DNA of 64,000 nt. It comes from Enterococcus sp. (lineage in GTDB: Bacteria > Bacillota > Bacilli > Lactobacillales > Enterococcaceae). The position numbers and the translations under genes are program-made. The notes below the pieces were generated by a model. That model saw only the letters and a list, made by a program, of their open reading frames with translations, had not been told where the DNA came from and searched no databases. This document shows positions 51,853 to 61,178 of the stretch, piece after piece (the first letter of the stretch is position 1; every line of letters starts with the position of its first letter). Where the stretch lies: NCBI GenBank assembly GCA_047975385.1, contig JBKEDL010000073.1, positions 11,719 through 75,718 on the forward strand, read 5' to 3'.

Positions 51853-52605
51853 ATGGGGAATATCAAAGATAAAGTTATTGTTATCACTGGAGCTTCTAGC
51901 GGATTAGGGTATGCTTTAGCGAAAGAATTGGCTCGTTTTGGCGCTAAGGTAGTTTTAGGTGCTAGAAGACAAGACAAATTGATGGAATTAACTCAAGAAA
52001 TTATTGAAGATGGCGGCGAAGCGATATTTCGTCAAGTAGACATAAGAAGACAAGAAGAAGTAATGAATTTAATTAATTTGGCTATAGAGAAATACCAACG
52101 TATTGATGTTTTAGTTAATAACGCAGGTATCATGCCTGCCTCATTTTTAGTGAAAAATAATACAGAGGAATGGGATAATTTGATTGACATCAATATAAAA
52201 GGAGTTCTTTATGGAATTGGTGCGGTCTTACCAAAAATGCGTCAACAAAAATTCGGACACATTATAAATGTATCGTCAACTGCTGCTTACGAGGAAATTA
52301 GTCCATTTTCAACAATTTATAGTATGACGAAACATGCTGTAAGTAATATTACAGAAGGATTAAGAAAAGAAGAAGCTATGGCTAAATCCAACATTCGTGT
52401 TACAGAAATTGCTCCGGGAGCCATTGACACAGATTTAAAATATACTGTGACTGACAAAGAAATGCGGGACATTGTTATGCCGTTTTATGAGAAAAAGGAA
52501 ATGATTCTCTCTCCTGATGAAATGGCTCGGCCTATCATTTATGCCATTAATGAGCCAGGTAACATTGCTATTAATGCTATGGTTGTTAGACCGACTGGAC
52601 ATTAA
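51853..52605 (+). CDS. SDR oxidoreductase
   Basis: TGASSGLG, NNAG, YSMTK. Confidence 0.92.
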   Translation: MGNIKDKVIVITGASSGLGYALAKELARFGAKVVLGARRQDKLMELTQEIIEDGGEAIFRQVDIRRQEEVMNLINLAIEKYQRIDVLVNNAGIMPASFLVKNNTEEWDNLIDINIKGVLYGIGAVLPKMRQQKFGHIINVSSTAAYEEISPFSTIYSMTKHAVSNITEGLRKEEAMAKSNIRVTEIAPGAIDTDLKYTVTDKEMRDIVMPFYEKKEMILSPDEMARPIIYAINEPGNIAINAMVVRPTGH

Positions 52606-52770
52606 CTTTTATTCTTGAAAGAAGGGGCTATAATGAGATTACTGACAACGTGTAAGTAATCTTATTATAGAAGCTAAATGCTAGCTGTCGTGGCTCTCAA
52701 AAGAACACGGTTAATAAGAATTCTTTCTTTTAAATACCTAAATTTTGTAGTTTGGAGACAATAATTATAG

Positions 52771-52952
52771 TACGATAACGATTTATTGGAGACCTTTTAT
52801 AAACCACTTAAACAAGAAGTAAGAAATAAACAAGGCTTTAAAAGTAAGGGTGAGTTGTTATGTAACTCGTAGTCTATCTAGTAAAATTACAACAACTGAA
52901 ACGAATAAATTCTAATTTGGTCTATAAAACGTCGTTCGAATTTATATATTAA
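52771..52952 (+). pseudogene. Degraded IS3-family transposase C-terminal remnant
   Basis: YDNDLLETFYKPLKQE and KRINSNLVYKTSFEF resemble the IS3 DN-x-x-x-E-x-F...LK-x-E and R-x-HS-x-L-x-Y motifs. Confidence 0.55.
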
Positions 52953-53010
52953 AAAATCAATTTGTCTTTCCATGAAAATCTAGACATTTAAATTCTGTAT
53001 ATTGAATTAT

Positions 53011-53039
53011 TTGACATCAAAGAAAAATTATCCTATAAT
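53011..53039 (+). promoter_or_regulatory. Consensus sigma-A promoter
   Basis: TTGACA-17 bp-TATAAT. Confidence 0.85.
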
Positions 53040-53052
53040 TTGAGTAAATTAA

Positions 53053-53135
53053 AGGTGTAACTCTATGGAGGCACGACTTGAAACTGGCAGACTAAATTTT
53101 TTTAGTTAGAGGGTTTTGATTTGTGTTTTTTTTAT
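53053..53135 (+). promoter_or_regulatory. RAT-like antiterminator overlapping a terminator
   Basis: AGGTGTAACTCTATGGAGGCACGACTT (GTGTAACT...AGGCA pattern), then stem and T tract, upstream of a BglG fragment. Confidence 0.6.
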
Positions 53136-53156
53136 TTGTATAAGGGGGGGAGGTAA

Positions 53157-53287
53157 GTGATAGTTATCAAACAAATTAATAATAATGCTGCTATTGCAAA
53201 AGACAAAGTTGGACTGAGTTAGTGGTCTTGGGAAAGGGTATAGGGTTTCCTAAAGTTCCTTATGAACTTACAGATTTCTCTAAAGAT
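53157..53287 (+). pseudogene. BglG/SacY antiterminator CAT-domain remnant
   Basis: [19 protein letters not shown], frameshift, [18 protein letters not shown]; truncated. Confidence 0.75.
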
Positions 53288-53353
53288 GTGATGAGAAAAA
53301 AAGTATTAGGTCTGCTATAGTAATAGTAAAAACAAAAAAAGTAGGGGATCGCT

Positions 53354-54235
53354 ATGGAGATTAGATTATTAAGGTATTTTTGGACGGTGGCTCAAGAGGG
53401 AAATATATCTAGAGCAGCTAAGTTATTAAATATTACCCAGCCCACTTTAAGTCGGCAGATCCGTGAACTAGAAGAACAAGTGGGAATGTCGCTGTTTCAT
53501 AGAGAAAAAAATCGCCTTTATTTGTTACCCGAAGGAATCTTTTTAAAAGAGCGAGCAGAGGAAATCCTTCAACTAAATGATAAGTTGGAACAGGATTTTT
53601 CTAACAAGAGAAAGAAACAGTTGGAGGGAACGATTGCTATAGGATGTGTGGAAGCAGATAATTCAGATACAGTTGCGATGATGCTAGAAGAGATGGTGAG
53701 TGATTATCCCGATGTGCGTTTTAATATTGTGACAGGGACCAGCGATGATATCAGTGATCGCTTAGAAAAAGGGCTTCTTGATTTAGCCGTTTTATTAGAT
53801 CCAATTACACTGAATGATATGAATGTTTTGAAATTACCTAGAGAAGAAAAATGGGGATTTTTAGTTTCAAATGAATTGTTTATTTCAAACAAGGAAAAGC
53901 TTACCCCAAAAGATATTATCGGCTTACCATTATTATGTTCGAATCGAGTAGAAGTTCAGAAATTACTAACTTCTTGGAGTGGCAGACCTCTGGATCAACT
54001 AAATATTGTAGGAAACTTCAATTTAATCTTTAATGTTTTTTCACTAGTGGAAAATAGAATGGGTGCAGCTCTTACGATTGAAGGTGCAGTGTCCAAAAGG
54101 CAGTTGGAAACTTCAACGTTTATTCCTATGGAGCCAGAAGTGAAAACCAACTGTATGTTAGTGTGGAAAGAACGGATTCAAACGCCAGTCGTTCAAGAAT
54201 TTATTTCTCGTTTCAAACATGCTTTTGGAGCATAG
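53354..54235 (+). CDS. LysR-family regulator
   Basis: NISRAAKLLNITQPTLSRQIRELE. Confidence 0.93.
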   Translation: MEIRLLRYFWTVAQEGNISRAAKLLNITQPTLSRQIRELEEQVGMSLFHREKNRLYLLPEGIFLKERAEEILQLNDKLEQDFSNKRKKQLEGTIAIGCVEADNSDTVAMMLEEMVSDYPDVRFNIVTGTSDDISDRLEKGLLDLAVLLDPITLNDMNVLKLPREEKWGFLVSNELFISNKEKLTPKDIIGLPLLCSNRVEVQKLLTSWSGRPLDQLNIVGNFNLIFNVFSLVENRMGAALTIEGAVSKRQLETSTFIPMEPEVKTNCMLVWKERIQTPVVQEFISRFKHAFGA

Positions 54236-54269
54236 TGATATATTAAATAAGCATTAGACGGAAGTAATC

Positions 54270-54315
54270 ATGAGTTGTACGATGAGTATATCAATCGTAC
54301 AACTCATTTTTATTT
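54270..54315 (+). terminator. Perfect 14-bp hairpin after LysR
   Basis: ATGAGTTGTACGAT...ATCGTACAACTCAT then T-rich. Confidence 0.6.
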
Positions 54316-54332
54316 GCAAAGGAGGAATCAAA

Positions 54333-54845
54333 TTGAATCCAGTCGTTGTCTATTTCTCCCGTGCCGGAGAAAATTTTATTAATGGCGTTTCTCAAAAAAT
54401 TCCGATTGGTAATACGGAAGTACTGGCTCATAAAATTATCGATCAACTTAACTGTCCTTTTATTCGGTTAAAGGAAATTGAGAACTATCCAGATAGTTAT
54501 GACGAAACAGTCAAGCAAGCCGAACTTGAGAAAAAAGGAAATACGCGAGTTGCCTATCAGAAAATCGAACTTGATCGTTCAAAAATAGATACGCTCTTCC
54601 TTGGTTATCCAAATTGGTGGGGAAGTTATCCAAGGATTATTTCAACTTTTTTAGAAGATTTTGATACGGATGGGCTAATCATTTATCCCTTCTGCACACA
54701 TGAAGGGAGTGCGTTTGGCAGTAGCTAGAATGAGCTTAAAAACCAGTGTCCCAATGCAGATATTCGTTGCGGCCTTCCTGTTCGTGGTTCACGAGTTCAA
54801 CGAGCTGATGTGGCGATTGAAAATTGGTTGCTTGCATATAAATAG
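54333..54845 (+). pseudogene. Flavodoxin with in-frame TAG at 54726-54728
   Basis: YFSRAGEN, GNT, GYPNWWG, CTHEGS; frame continues 38 codons after TAG (NELKNQCPNA...ENWL). Confidence 0.85.
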
Positions 54846-54876
54846 AAAAAATATCAAATTCATGGAGGAATGAAAA

Positions 54877-55293
54877 ATGGCAAAAAATGAAGAAGTAAAA
54901 AATGGTGTGATTTTTCCAATCGGAGAAAAAAATGATGCCTATGCTCAATATTTTATTGGACAAAGTTACTTGCAAGGATTAATTTCTGATCCAAAAATTA
55001 GCGTAGGTGTAGCCAATGTAACTTTTGAACCAGGTTGTCGTAATAACTGGCATATTCACCATGATGGCTTTCAGCTATTACTTGTAACAGGTGGAGAAGG
55101 TTGGTATCAAGAAGAAGGAAAATCGGCCCAATTTTTGAAGCCAGGTGATGTGATTGCAACACACGATGGCGTGAAACATTGGCATGGAGCTACCAAAGAC
55201 AGCTGGTTTGAACATATTGCGATTACTGCCGGTACTCCAGAATGGTTAGAACCTGTAGATGATCAATGGTACGAAAGTTTAACTACTAAATAA
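54877..55293 (+). CDS. Cupin-domain protein
   Basis: NVTFEPGCRNNWHIH, KHWHGA. Confidence 0.9.
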   Translation: MAKNEEVKNGVIFPIGEKNDAYAQYFIGQSYLQGLISDPKISVGVANVTFEPGCRNNWHIHHDGFQLLLVTGGEGWYQEEGKSAQFLKPGDVIATHDGVKHWHGATKDSWFEHIAITAGTPEWLEPVDDQWYESLTTK

Positions 55294-55308
55294 AGGAGGA
55301 ATCTATTT

Positions 55309-55623
55309 ATGAAAAAACAAACAGCGGGAAGAGAACAGTTAGGCGATTTTGCGCCACAATTTGCGGCATTGAATGATGATGTACTTTTTGGAGAAGTGTG
55401 GGCGAAAGAAGACGAACTGTCCGCCCATGACCGGAGTATGATCACTTGTTCAGCACTTTTAGCAATGGGTGCACCTCAGCTTGAGGCTCATTTAAAAGTT
55501 GCTAAAGAGAATGGTGTCACGAAAGAAGAAATCTCAACTATGATTACACATCTGGCATTTTATGCCGGTTGGCCTAAAGCGTGGAGTGCGTTCTCGATGG
55601 CGAAAGAAATATTTGCAGATTAG
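55309..55623 (+). CDS. Carboxymuconolactone decarboxylase family protein
   Basis: NDDVLFGEVW, ITHLAFYAGWPKAW. Confidence 0.88.
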   Translation: MKKQTAGREQLGDFAPQFAALNDDVLFGEVWAKEDELSAHDRSMITCSALLAMGAPQLEAHLKVAKENGVTKEEISTMITHLAFYAGWPKAWSAFSMAKEIFAD

Positions 55624-55644
55624 TTTTAAGAAAGAAGAGAGCGT

Positions 55645-56304
55645 ATAAAAAAAGTATTAATACTTGGTGCGAACGGACAAATTGCTAAGCTTGTTACCGA
55701 TCGCCTATTAAAAGAAACAGACGATAAGTTAACATTATATTTGAGGAACAGTCAGCGAATAGGTAATCCCGATCCTTCAAGAGTGACGATTCCCGATCCT
55801 TCAAGAGTGACGATTATTGAAGGAGATGTGAATGATTTTGAAACTTTAGATGGAGCAATGGCTGGTCAAGAACTTGTGTATGCAAATCTTGGTGGAGAAT
55901 TCGAACCGATGGCAAAAAATATTGTTCAGGTGATGGAAAAAAATAAAGTCTCCCGTTTAATTTATGTCACTGGTCTTGGACTATATCATGAAGTTCCAGG
56001 AGAATTTGGTCGATGGGTAGAAGAAACAATTGGAACCCCTGTGATGGATGATACCAGAAGAGCTGCGGCAGCAATAGAAAACTCAACGCTTAATTATACG
56101 ATTCTAAGAGCAGCCTATATGAACAATGACCCAGAAGTAGATTATGAATTGACAGAAAAAGGGGAACCTTATAAAGGAACAATCATTTCAAGAGCAAGTA
56201 TCGCAGATTTAATTGTTCGCATGATTAAAGATCCTACTAAGCATACATTTTCAAGTTTAGGAATTTCAAAGCCTGGGACAGATGGCAATCGTCCCATGTA
56301 CTAA
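55645..56304 (+). pseudogene. NAD(P)H-binding protein with ATA in place of the start codon and an 8-aa tandem duplication
   Basis: In-frame upstream ATA-KKVLILGANGQIA parallels the gene at 39387; PDPSRVTI twice. Confidence 0.7.
55767..55814 (+). repeat. 24-bp perfect tandem duplication
   Basis: TCCCGATCCTTCAAGAGTGACGAT x2. Confidence 0.95.
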
Positions 56305-56313
56305 GGAGGACTT

Positions 56314-57492
56314 ATGAATCAGAAGACCAAACCAGCTCTACTATCTGTTTCATTATTGGTGGTATCGGCTGGTGCGATTGCAGGGAATATTCCTGCAATC
56401 GAATCTTCGTATCCATTGATTAATAAGACAATTATTGAGCTTTTAACGACATTACCATCACTCTTTATTATTTTGACTGTGTTATTAAGTCCCAAGATTG
56501 CTCGAGTAATTGGTTATAAAAAAACAATTCAATTAGGCGTCCTACTTGTACTAGTGGCAGGCCTAATACCCGTTTTTACCACTGCTTTTGCTACCTTGTT
56601 TTTTAGCCGAATTTTATTTGGGATTGGTATCGGACTATTCAACCCATTGCTTTATTCATTTGCTTCAAATTTATATAGCGGAAGAGAACTTGCCTCCGTT
56701 ATCGGCTTACAAAGTGCTTTTGAAGGCATTGGTGGTATGCTGATTACTTTTTTAGTTGGACAGTTATTGGTGATCAATTGGCGGATTTCTTTTGGTGCTT
56801 ATCTGCTAGCCTTACCCGTGTTCTTACTTTTTTCACGTTTTGTACCTGAAATCCATCCTAATAAAGAACCTCAAAAAGTTCAGCTAAAGACCAGTAAAGC
56901 TTCACCTCAATTTTTAGTTTTTCTATTACTTCTGCTTGTGACAGTAACTGTTTATATGTCGGTAACGGTAAAAATTACCTCTCTATTGATAACTAAGGGG
57001 ATTGGAAATGCGACAGATGGGAGTAACTTGATTGCTTTGGTGGGACTAGGAGCCATGGTGGCAGGAATGTTGTTTGGCAGGATTTTTCTAGTTTTCAAGC
57101 AGCAATCATTAGTTATTGCTTTTGGATTATTAGCTATCGCCATGTTTCTGTTTGCGTTCTCGCAGACGCTAGTAATGGCAATCATCGCAGCTCTTTTATG
57201 TGGATTTGGCTTTCGGACCTTTATTCCTTACCTGTTCAACGAAGTCAATCAGCAGTCCGATGAATCGGAACGAAATACTGCTATACTCTTGATTGCTTTT
57301 AATCTTGGAGTAGCATTTTCTCCGATATCCATTGCAATTTTTCAAGGAATACTTCCAATATTAAACGATGCAGGTCTCTTTATCGGTGAAGGAGTACTAA
57401 TGCTTTTAATTGCAACGATAATTGGAATAACGAATAAAAAACGAAAAACGAGCGTTTATAATACTAATGACAAAATGGAGGAAATCAAATGA
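56314..57492 (+). CDS. MFS transporter
   Basis: About 12 TM helices, IGYKKT, SRILFGIGIG. Confidence 0.88.
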   Translation: MNQKTKPALLSVSLLVVSAGAIAGNIPAIESSYPLINKTIIELLTTLPSLFIILTVLLSPKIARVIGYKKTIQLGVLLVLVAGLIPVFTTAFATLFFSRILFGIGIGLFNPLLYSFASNLYSGRELASVIGLQSAFEGIGGMLITFLVGQLLVINWRISFGAYLLALPVFLLFSRFVPEIHPNKEPQKVQLKTSKASPQFLVFLLLLLVTVTVYMSVTVKITSLLITKGIGNATDGSNLIALVGLGAMVAGMLFGRIFLVFKQQSLVIAFGLLAIAMFLFAFSQTLVMAIIAALLCGFGFRTFIPYLFNEVNQQSDESERNTAILLIAFNLGVAFSPISIAIFQGILPILNDAGLFIGEGVLMLLIATIIGITNKKRKTSVYNTNDKMEEIK

Positions 57493-58205
57493 CTAGACCA
57501 TACATTGTCTGCCACATGCTGACATCCATCAATGGAAAAATCAGTGGTTCATATATGAGTTCTAAATTTGCCGAAGCAGGTAGTAAAGCGTATGAAACAA
57601 CCAATGATCAATACAATAGCCAAGCTTGGCTTTGTGGCAGAGTAACAATGGAAGAGAACTTTACAAATTTTCAGAAGCCCCTCTTTGATGAGAATGATCC
57701 CGTATATCCACGAGAAGATTTTGTTGCTGAGCCGAATGAAAAAATGTACATTGTCTCTGCTGATCCTTCTGGAAAAGTAGGTTGGCAACAAAATTGGGTT
57801 CAGTATGCTGATAGACCAAGAGCTCACGTTGTTGAAATTTTGACGGATAAAGCTAGTGATAAGTATATTTCCTTTTTAAGGAGGCAAAACATTTCTTATA
57901 TCTTTGCCGGAAAAACTAGTATTGATTGTAAACTAGTTGCTGAAAAGTTATATGAGTTATTTAACATAAAAACGCTAATGGTCTCAGGTGGCGGTATCAT
58001 CAATTGGTCCTTTTTAGAGGAAAAAATTGTTGATGAGGTTAGCATTGTTGTTGCGCCAGTGACCGATGGTCAAAGAAATACAAATACCATTTTTGAAAAT
58101 GTCGATGATGAGAATAAAGTTGTACCAATGGGATTTAGTCTCAAAAATGTAGAGATTATTGAGGACAATACGCTCTGGTTGAGATATGAACCTATGAATA
58201 AGTAA
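57489..58205 (+). CDS. RibD C-terminal-like reductase
   Basis: CHMLTSINGKI, GRVTM, SGGGIIN. Confidence 0.8.
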   Translation: MTRPYIVCHMLTSINGKISGSYMSSKFAEAGSKAYETTNDQYNSQAWLCGRVTMEENFTNFQKPLFDENDPVYPREDFVAEPNEKMYIVSADPSGKVGWQQNWVQYADRPRAHVVEILTDKASDKYISFLRRQNISYIFAGKTSIDCKLVAEKLYELFNIKTLMVSGGGIINWSFLEEKIVDEVSIVVAPVTDGQRNTNTIFENVDDENKVVPMGFSLKNVEIIEDNTLWLRYEPMNK

Positions 58206-58282
58206 AGTTTTTTCAAAAACTATCTTAAGCTAACTAAATTTTATTTAGAAGTGAAACTAAGAAGGAAAAAGGGGAAATATAG

Positions 58283-59137
58283 ATGATTTTACAAGAAACA
58301 TATTCATTGAATAATGGCATGACGATTCCAAAAGTCGGCTTTGGAACATGGATGATTGATGACGAGGCAGTCGTGCAAGCGGTTAAGGATGCGTTAGAAA
58401 TCGGCTATCGGCACATTGATACTGCTCAAGCTTACGGCAATGAGCGGGGCGTTGGAGAAGCTATTCGGACTTCCGGAGTTGACCGTTCAGAAATCTTTTT
58501 GACGAGTAAAGTAGCTGCGGAACATAAAACTTATGAAGCAGCGGCAAATTCAATTGATGAATCATTAGAAAAACTTGGATTAGAGACGATTGATTTAATG
58601 ATTATCCATGCTCCACAACCTTGGGATGAATTTCGAGAAGCAAACTATGATGAAGGAAATGTTGCCGCTTGGCAGGCACTGGAAGATGCCGTCAAGGCTG
58701 GAAAAATTCGTGCTATTGGCTTATCGAACTTTAATCAGCATGATGTCGAAAATATCTTGGAACATGCCACTATCAAACCAGTAATTAATCAAATTCTAGC
58801 GCACATTTCCAATACGCCATTTGAACTAATTGATTTTTGTAAGGAAAACGATATTTTAGTCGAAGCCTATTCTCCCGTCGGACATGGTGAGTTAATGAAG
58901 AATGAAGAGATAAAAGAAATTGCCGAGAGATACGGAGTTTCAGTTCCTCAGCTTGCTATTCGCTATTGTTTGGAACTTGGTTTGCTACCCTTACCAAAAT
59001 CAGAAAATAAAGAACATATTAAAGCAAATGGAGAGCTTGATTTTAATTTATCAAATGATGATTTACAGCTATTGAAAAAGATGGATAGAATCGACAATTA
59101 TGGAGATTCTAGTTCGTTCCCAGTTTATAGCAAGTAA
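58283..59137 (+). CDS. Aldo/keto reductase
   Basis: GFGTW, IDTAQAYGNE, IGLSNF, LPKS. Confidence 0.93.
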   Translation: MILQETYSLNNGMTIPKVGFGTWMIDDEAVVQAVKDALEIGYRHIDTAQAYGNERGVGEAIRTSGVDRSEIFLTSKVAAEHKTYEAAANSIDESLEKLGLETIDLMIIHAPQPWDEFREANYDEGNVAAWQALEDAVKAGKIRAIGLSNFNQHDVENILEHATIKPVINQILAHISNTPFELIDFCKENDILVEAYSPVGHGELMKNEEIKEIAERYGVSVPQLAIRYCLELGLLPLPKSENKEHIKANGELDFNLSNDDLQLLKKMDRIDNYGDSSSFPVYSK

Positions 59138-59330
59138 TTTACTTATTTGCTATTACGAATAATCATGATGGAATTCATCATAATTATCAGCTCTAGTTGG
59201 TAAATCTATAGGCAGTTTTATGGTTGTTCAATCAAAATCATTATGTATATGTTTTTTAATTATCATTCTTAGATATATATAAAACACAGCTATGAAAAGT
59301 AAGATAATATACTAGCTTTAACTGTTTGTG

Positions 59331-59366
59331 AGGCGTATAGACAATTTTTGTCTGTATGCCTTTTTT
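59331..59366 (+). terminator. Terminator separating cargo from the regulation module
   Basis: AGGCGTATAGACAA-TTT-TTGTCTGTATGCCTTTTTT. Confidence 0.8.
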
Positions 59367-59479
59367 ATTTTGAAAAATTTTTTGAGTTTTTTCGAAAAAT
59401 GCTCACTCCCAAATTGTAGTAATAATGGAAAGGGATAGAAGTAAAACGAGTTGAATGAATTTTTTGAGGAGGAGAATTT

Positions 59480-59908
59480 ATGGGCGACTCAGAGGAAACC
59501 CACATTCGACACGCGTTTGACAGTTTTTGTAAGAAAGTAGTCCGCAACGAAGCATTAAACATTCAAAAGAAATACGCTAGATTTCGCCAACGTCAAATCT
59601 CAATGGAAATATTAGAACAAAAAGGATTAGGGACAGAGTTCTATTATTCAGAACCAAATATGAATAGTAGTGGTAGTTTTATTGTCCTAGGTATAAAGAT
59701 ATTTATTTCAAATGAGGAGTTGGCAAATGCGATTGCAGCATTACCAAGTCTAAGACAAGAAATCATTTTGATGTCCTTCTTCATTGGTCTCAATGATCGC
59801 GAAATTGGGGATATTATTGGGAAAAGTCTCGGCAGTGTTTGGTACCAACGACAAGTGGCCTTGGAAGAATTAGGAAAGTATTTGGGTGGCAACTATGAAA
59901 CAAAATAA
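59480..59908 (+). CDS. Sigma-70 region 4 protein (Tn916 Orf7-like)
   Basis: FDSFCKKVVRNEA, IILMSFF...DREIG. Confidence 0.88.
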   Translation: MGDSEETHIRHAFDSFCKKVVRNEALNIQKKYARFRQRQISMEILEQKGLGTEFYYSEPNMNSSGSFIVLGIKIFISNEELANAIAALPSLRQEIILMSFFIGLNDREIGDIIGKSLGSVWYQRQVALEELGKYLGGNYETK

Positions 59909-60137
59909 ACGTTATATACCTTTTATATCGCTAACGACAATCAAAGCTGCAGCTTCAGGTGATTCAGTTGCCATGTCCATCGTTCTGTCAAAATATCAAA
60001 ATTATATTTCACGATTAGCGATGAAACCGGTCTATGAAGAAGAAAAAGGAATGGTTATGTACGTAGATGAATATATGCGTAGACAACTGGAAACGAAATT
60101 GATTGAGAAGATACTTGAATTTGACACAACTCGTTAA
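59895..60137 (+). CDS. HTH protein (Tn916 Orf8-like)
   Basis: AASGD..AM...Y..YI...LETKLI. Confidence 0.85.
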   Translation: MKQNKRYIPFISLTTIKAAASGDSVAMSIVLSKYQNYISRLAMKPVYEEEKGMVMYVDEYMRRQLETKLIEKILEFDTTR

Positions 60138-60164
60138 AGTAGTTTTTTCCCTTTCCTTTTCATT

Positions 60165-60430
60165 CTATGGAAGTTTTTTATCGGTATACAATAAAAGATT
60201 TCCATAGGCTGAAAATAGCCTAACGCTCTTTGACAAGTGAATAGTAAATCTATCAGTACATGTAGATTGTGATTTTCTAGTTACGCCATGACAAGGTTAT
60301 CCTTTGAGCGACAAATTTTAATATGAAAATCAAGACTATGATAATGATACTTCCGTAACCAAATTGGCCCGCCATTACTGGGGGGAGGTGAAATTCCTAT
60401 GTGCTTTGGCAAAGCAGCTGATAGATCAGA
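60165..60430 (+). ncRNA. Candidate structured cis-acting antiterminator RNA with a boxA-like motif
   Basis: Hairpins at 60165-60221; GCTCTTTGACAAGTGAATA at 60225-60243; GGAGGTGAAATTCC and GCTTTGGCAAAGC hairpins; lies between orf8 and xis. Confidence 0.45.
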
Positions 60431-60437
60431 AAAACTA

Positions 60438-60653
60438 CTATTTCCATATTTCGATTTTGGTTGGCATATTTTTCATGCCAAATTCTGTGATTTTAATAGC
60501 ATCGGCAAGATTTAATTTTTCTACAGCTCTTTCTCCTCTTTTAAGTTTTTTTACTGTACTCAAATTGATTCCTGTTCCGGATGCTATCGCATTAGCCGTA
60601 GATTTTTCAAGAATTTCTTTAATTATTTTTATGTCTGCAATTCCTTGTTTCAT
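60438..60653 (-). CDS. Small HTH protein
   Basis: TANAIASGTGINLSTVKKLK; AGAGG RBS on the minus strand. Confidence 0.7.
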   Translation of the reverse strand: MKQGIADIKIIKEILEKSTANAIASGTGINLSTVKKLKRGERAVEKLNLADAIKITEFGMKNMPTKIEIWK

Positions 60654-60760
60654 ATTAAAAATTCCTCTTTTCTAGTCCGTTTTGATGGGGTACTGGAGTG
60701 GTTTTTTACAATTTTAAAGAGGTACCGTGGTGGTCGTTTTGAATTTGATAGAGAAGGGTG

Positions 60761-61075
60761 ATGGAGTTGGAAGTTAAAACAAATGTTAATTCTCTGGAAA
60801 TAGAGTTCTATTCAATTTTACAAAAAAAACTGGAAGATTACACGGAAAAATTGCTTGCAGTTAGTCATTTACCTCTGGTTTTAACAAATGCTGATTTAAA
60901 GCGACTGTTTCAGATAAGTGATAGCACACTGAACCGTTTAGTAAAACTTGGTGAGTTTCCTCCCTGTTGGTATGGGATTCGGGGACACTATTTTCGTGAT
61001 GATGTTTTAGAATGGATGAGAAAGAGTGATTCAGATGACTATCGTGAACAGCTTCGTATATTGCGTTCCTTATAA
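60761..61075 (+). CDS. Excisionase/AlpA-like wHTH protein
   Basis: LTNADLKRLFQISDSTLNRLV...FP...YFRDDVLEW; upstream of the integrase. Confidence 0.75.
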   Translation: MELEVKTNVNSLEIEFYSILQKKLEDYTEKLLAVSHLPLVLTNADLKRLFQISDSTLNRLVKLGEFPPCWYGIRGHYFRDDVLEWMRKSDSDDYREQLRILRSL

Positions 61076-61178
61076 TATTTCATTTCTTCTATACTTGCGG
61101 TACAATAAGTATATAGAGAATAAGAGATTTTATATTTTTCCGCTTAAGGGGTTCTTCTCTCAAGGGAGGAATCAGTAA

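Noticed and set aside
54726..54728. Pyrrolysine or programmed read-through of TAG
   Set aside because: No pyl genes in the window; a TTG-to-TAG point mutation is simpler
60364..60675. 103-aa plus-strand ORF
   Set aside because: Antisense shadow of the HTH gene, which has an RBS
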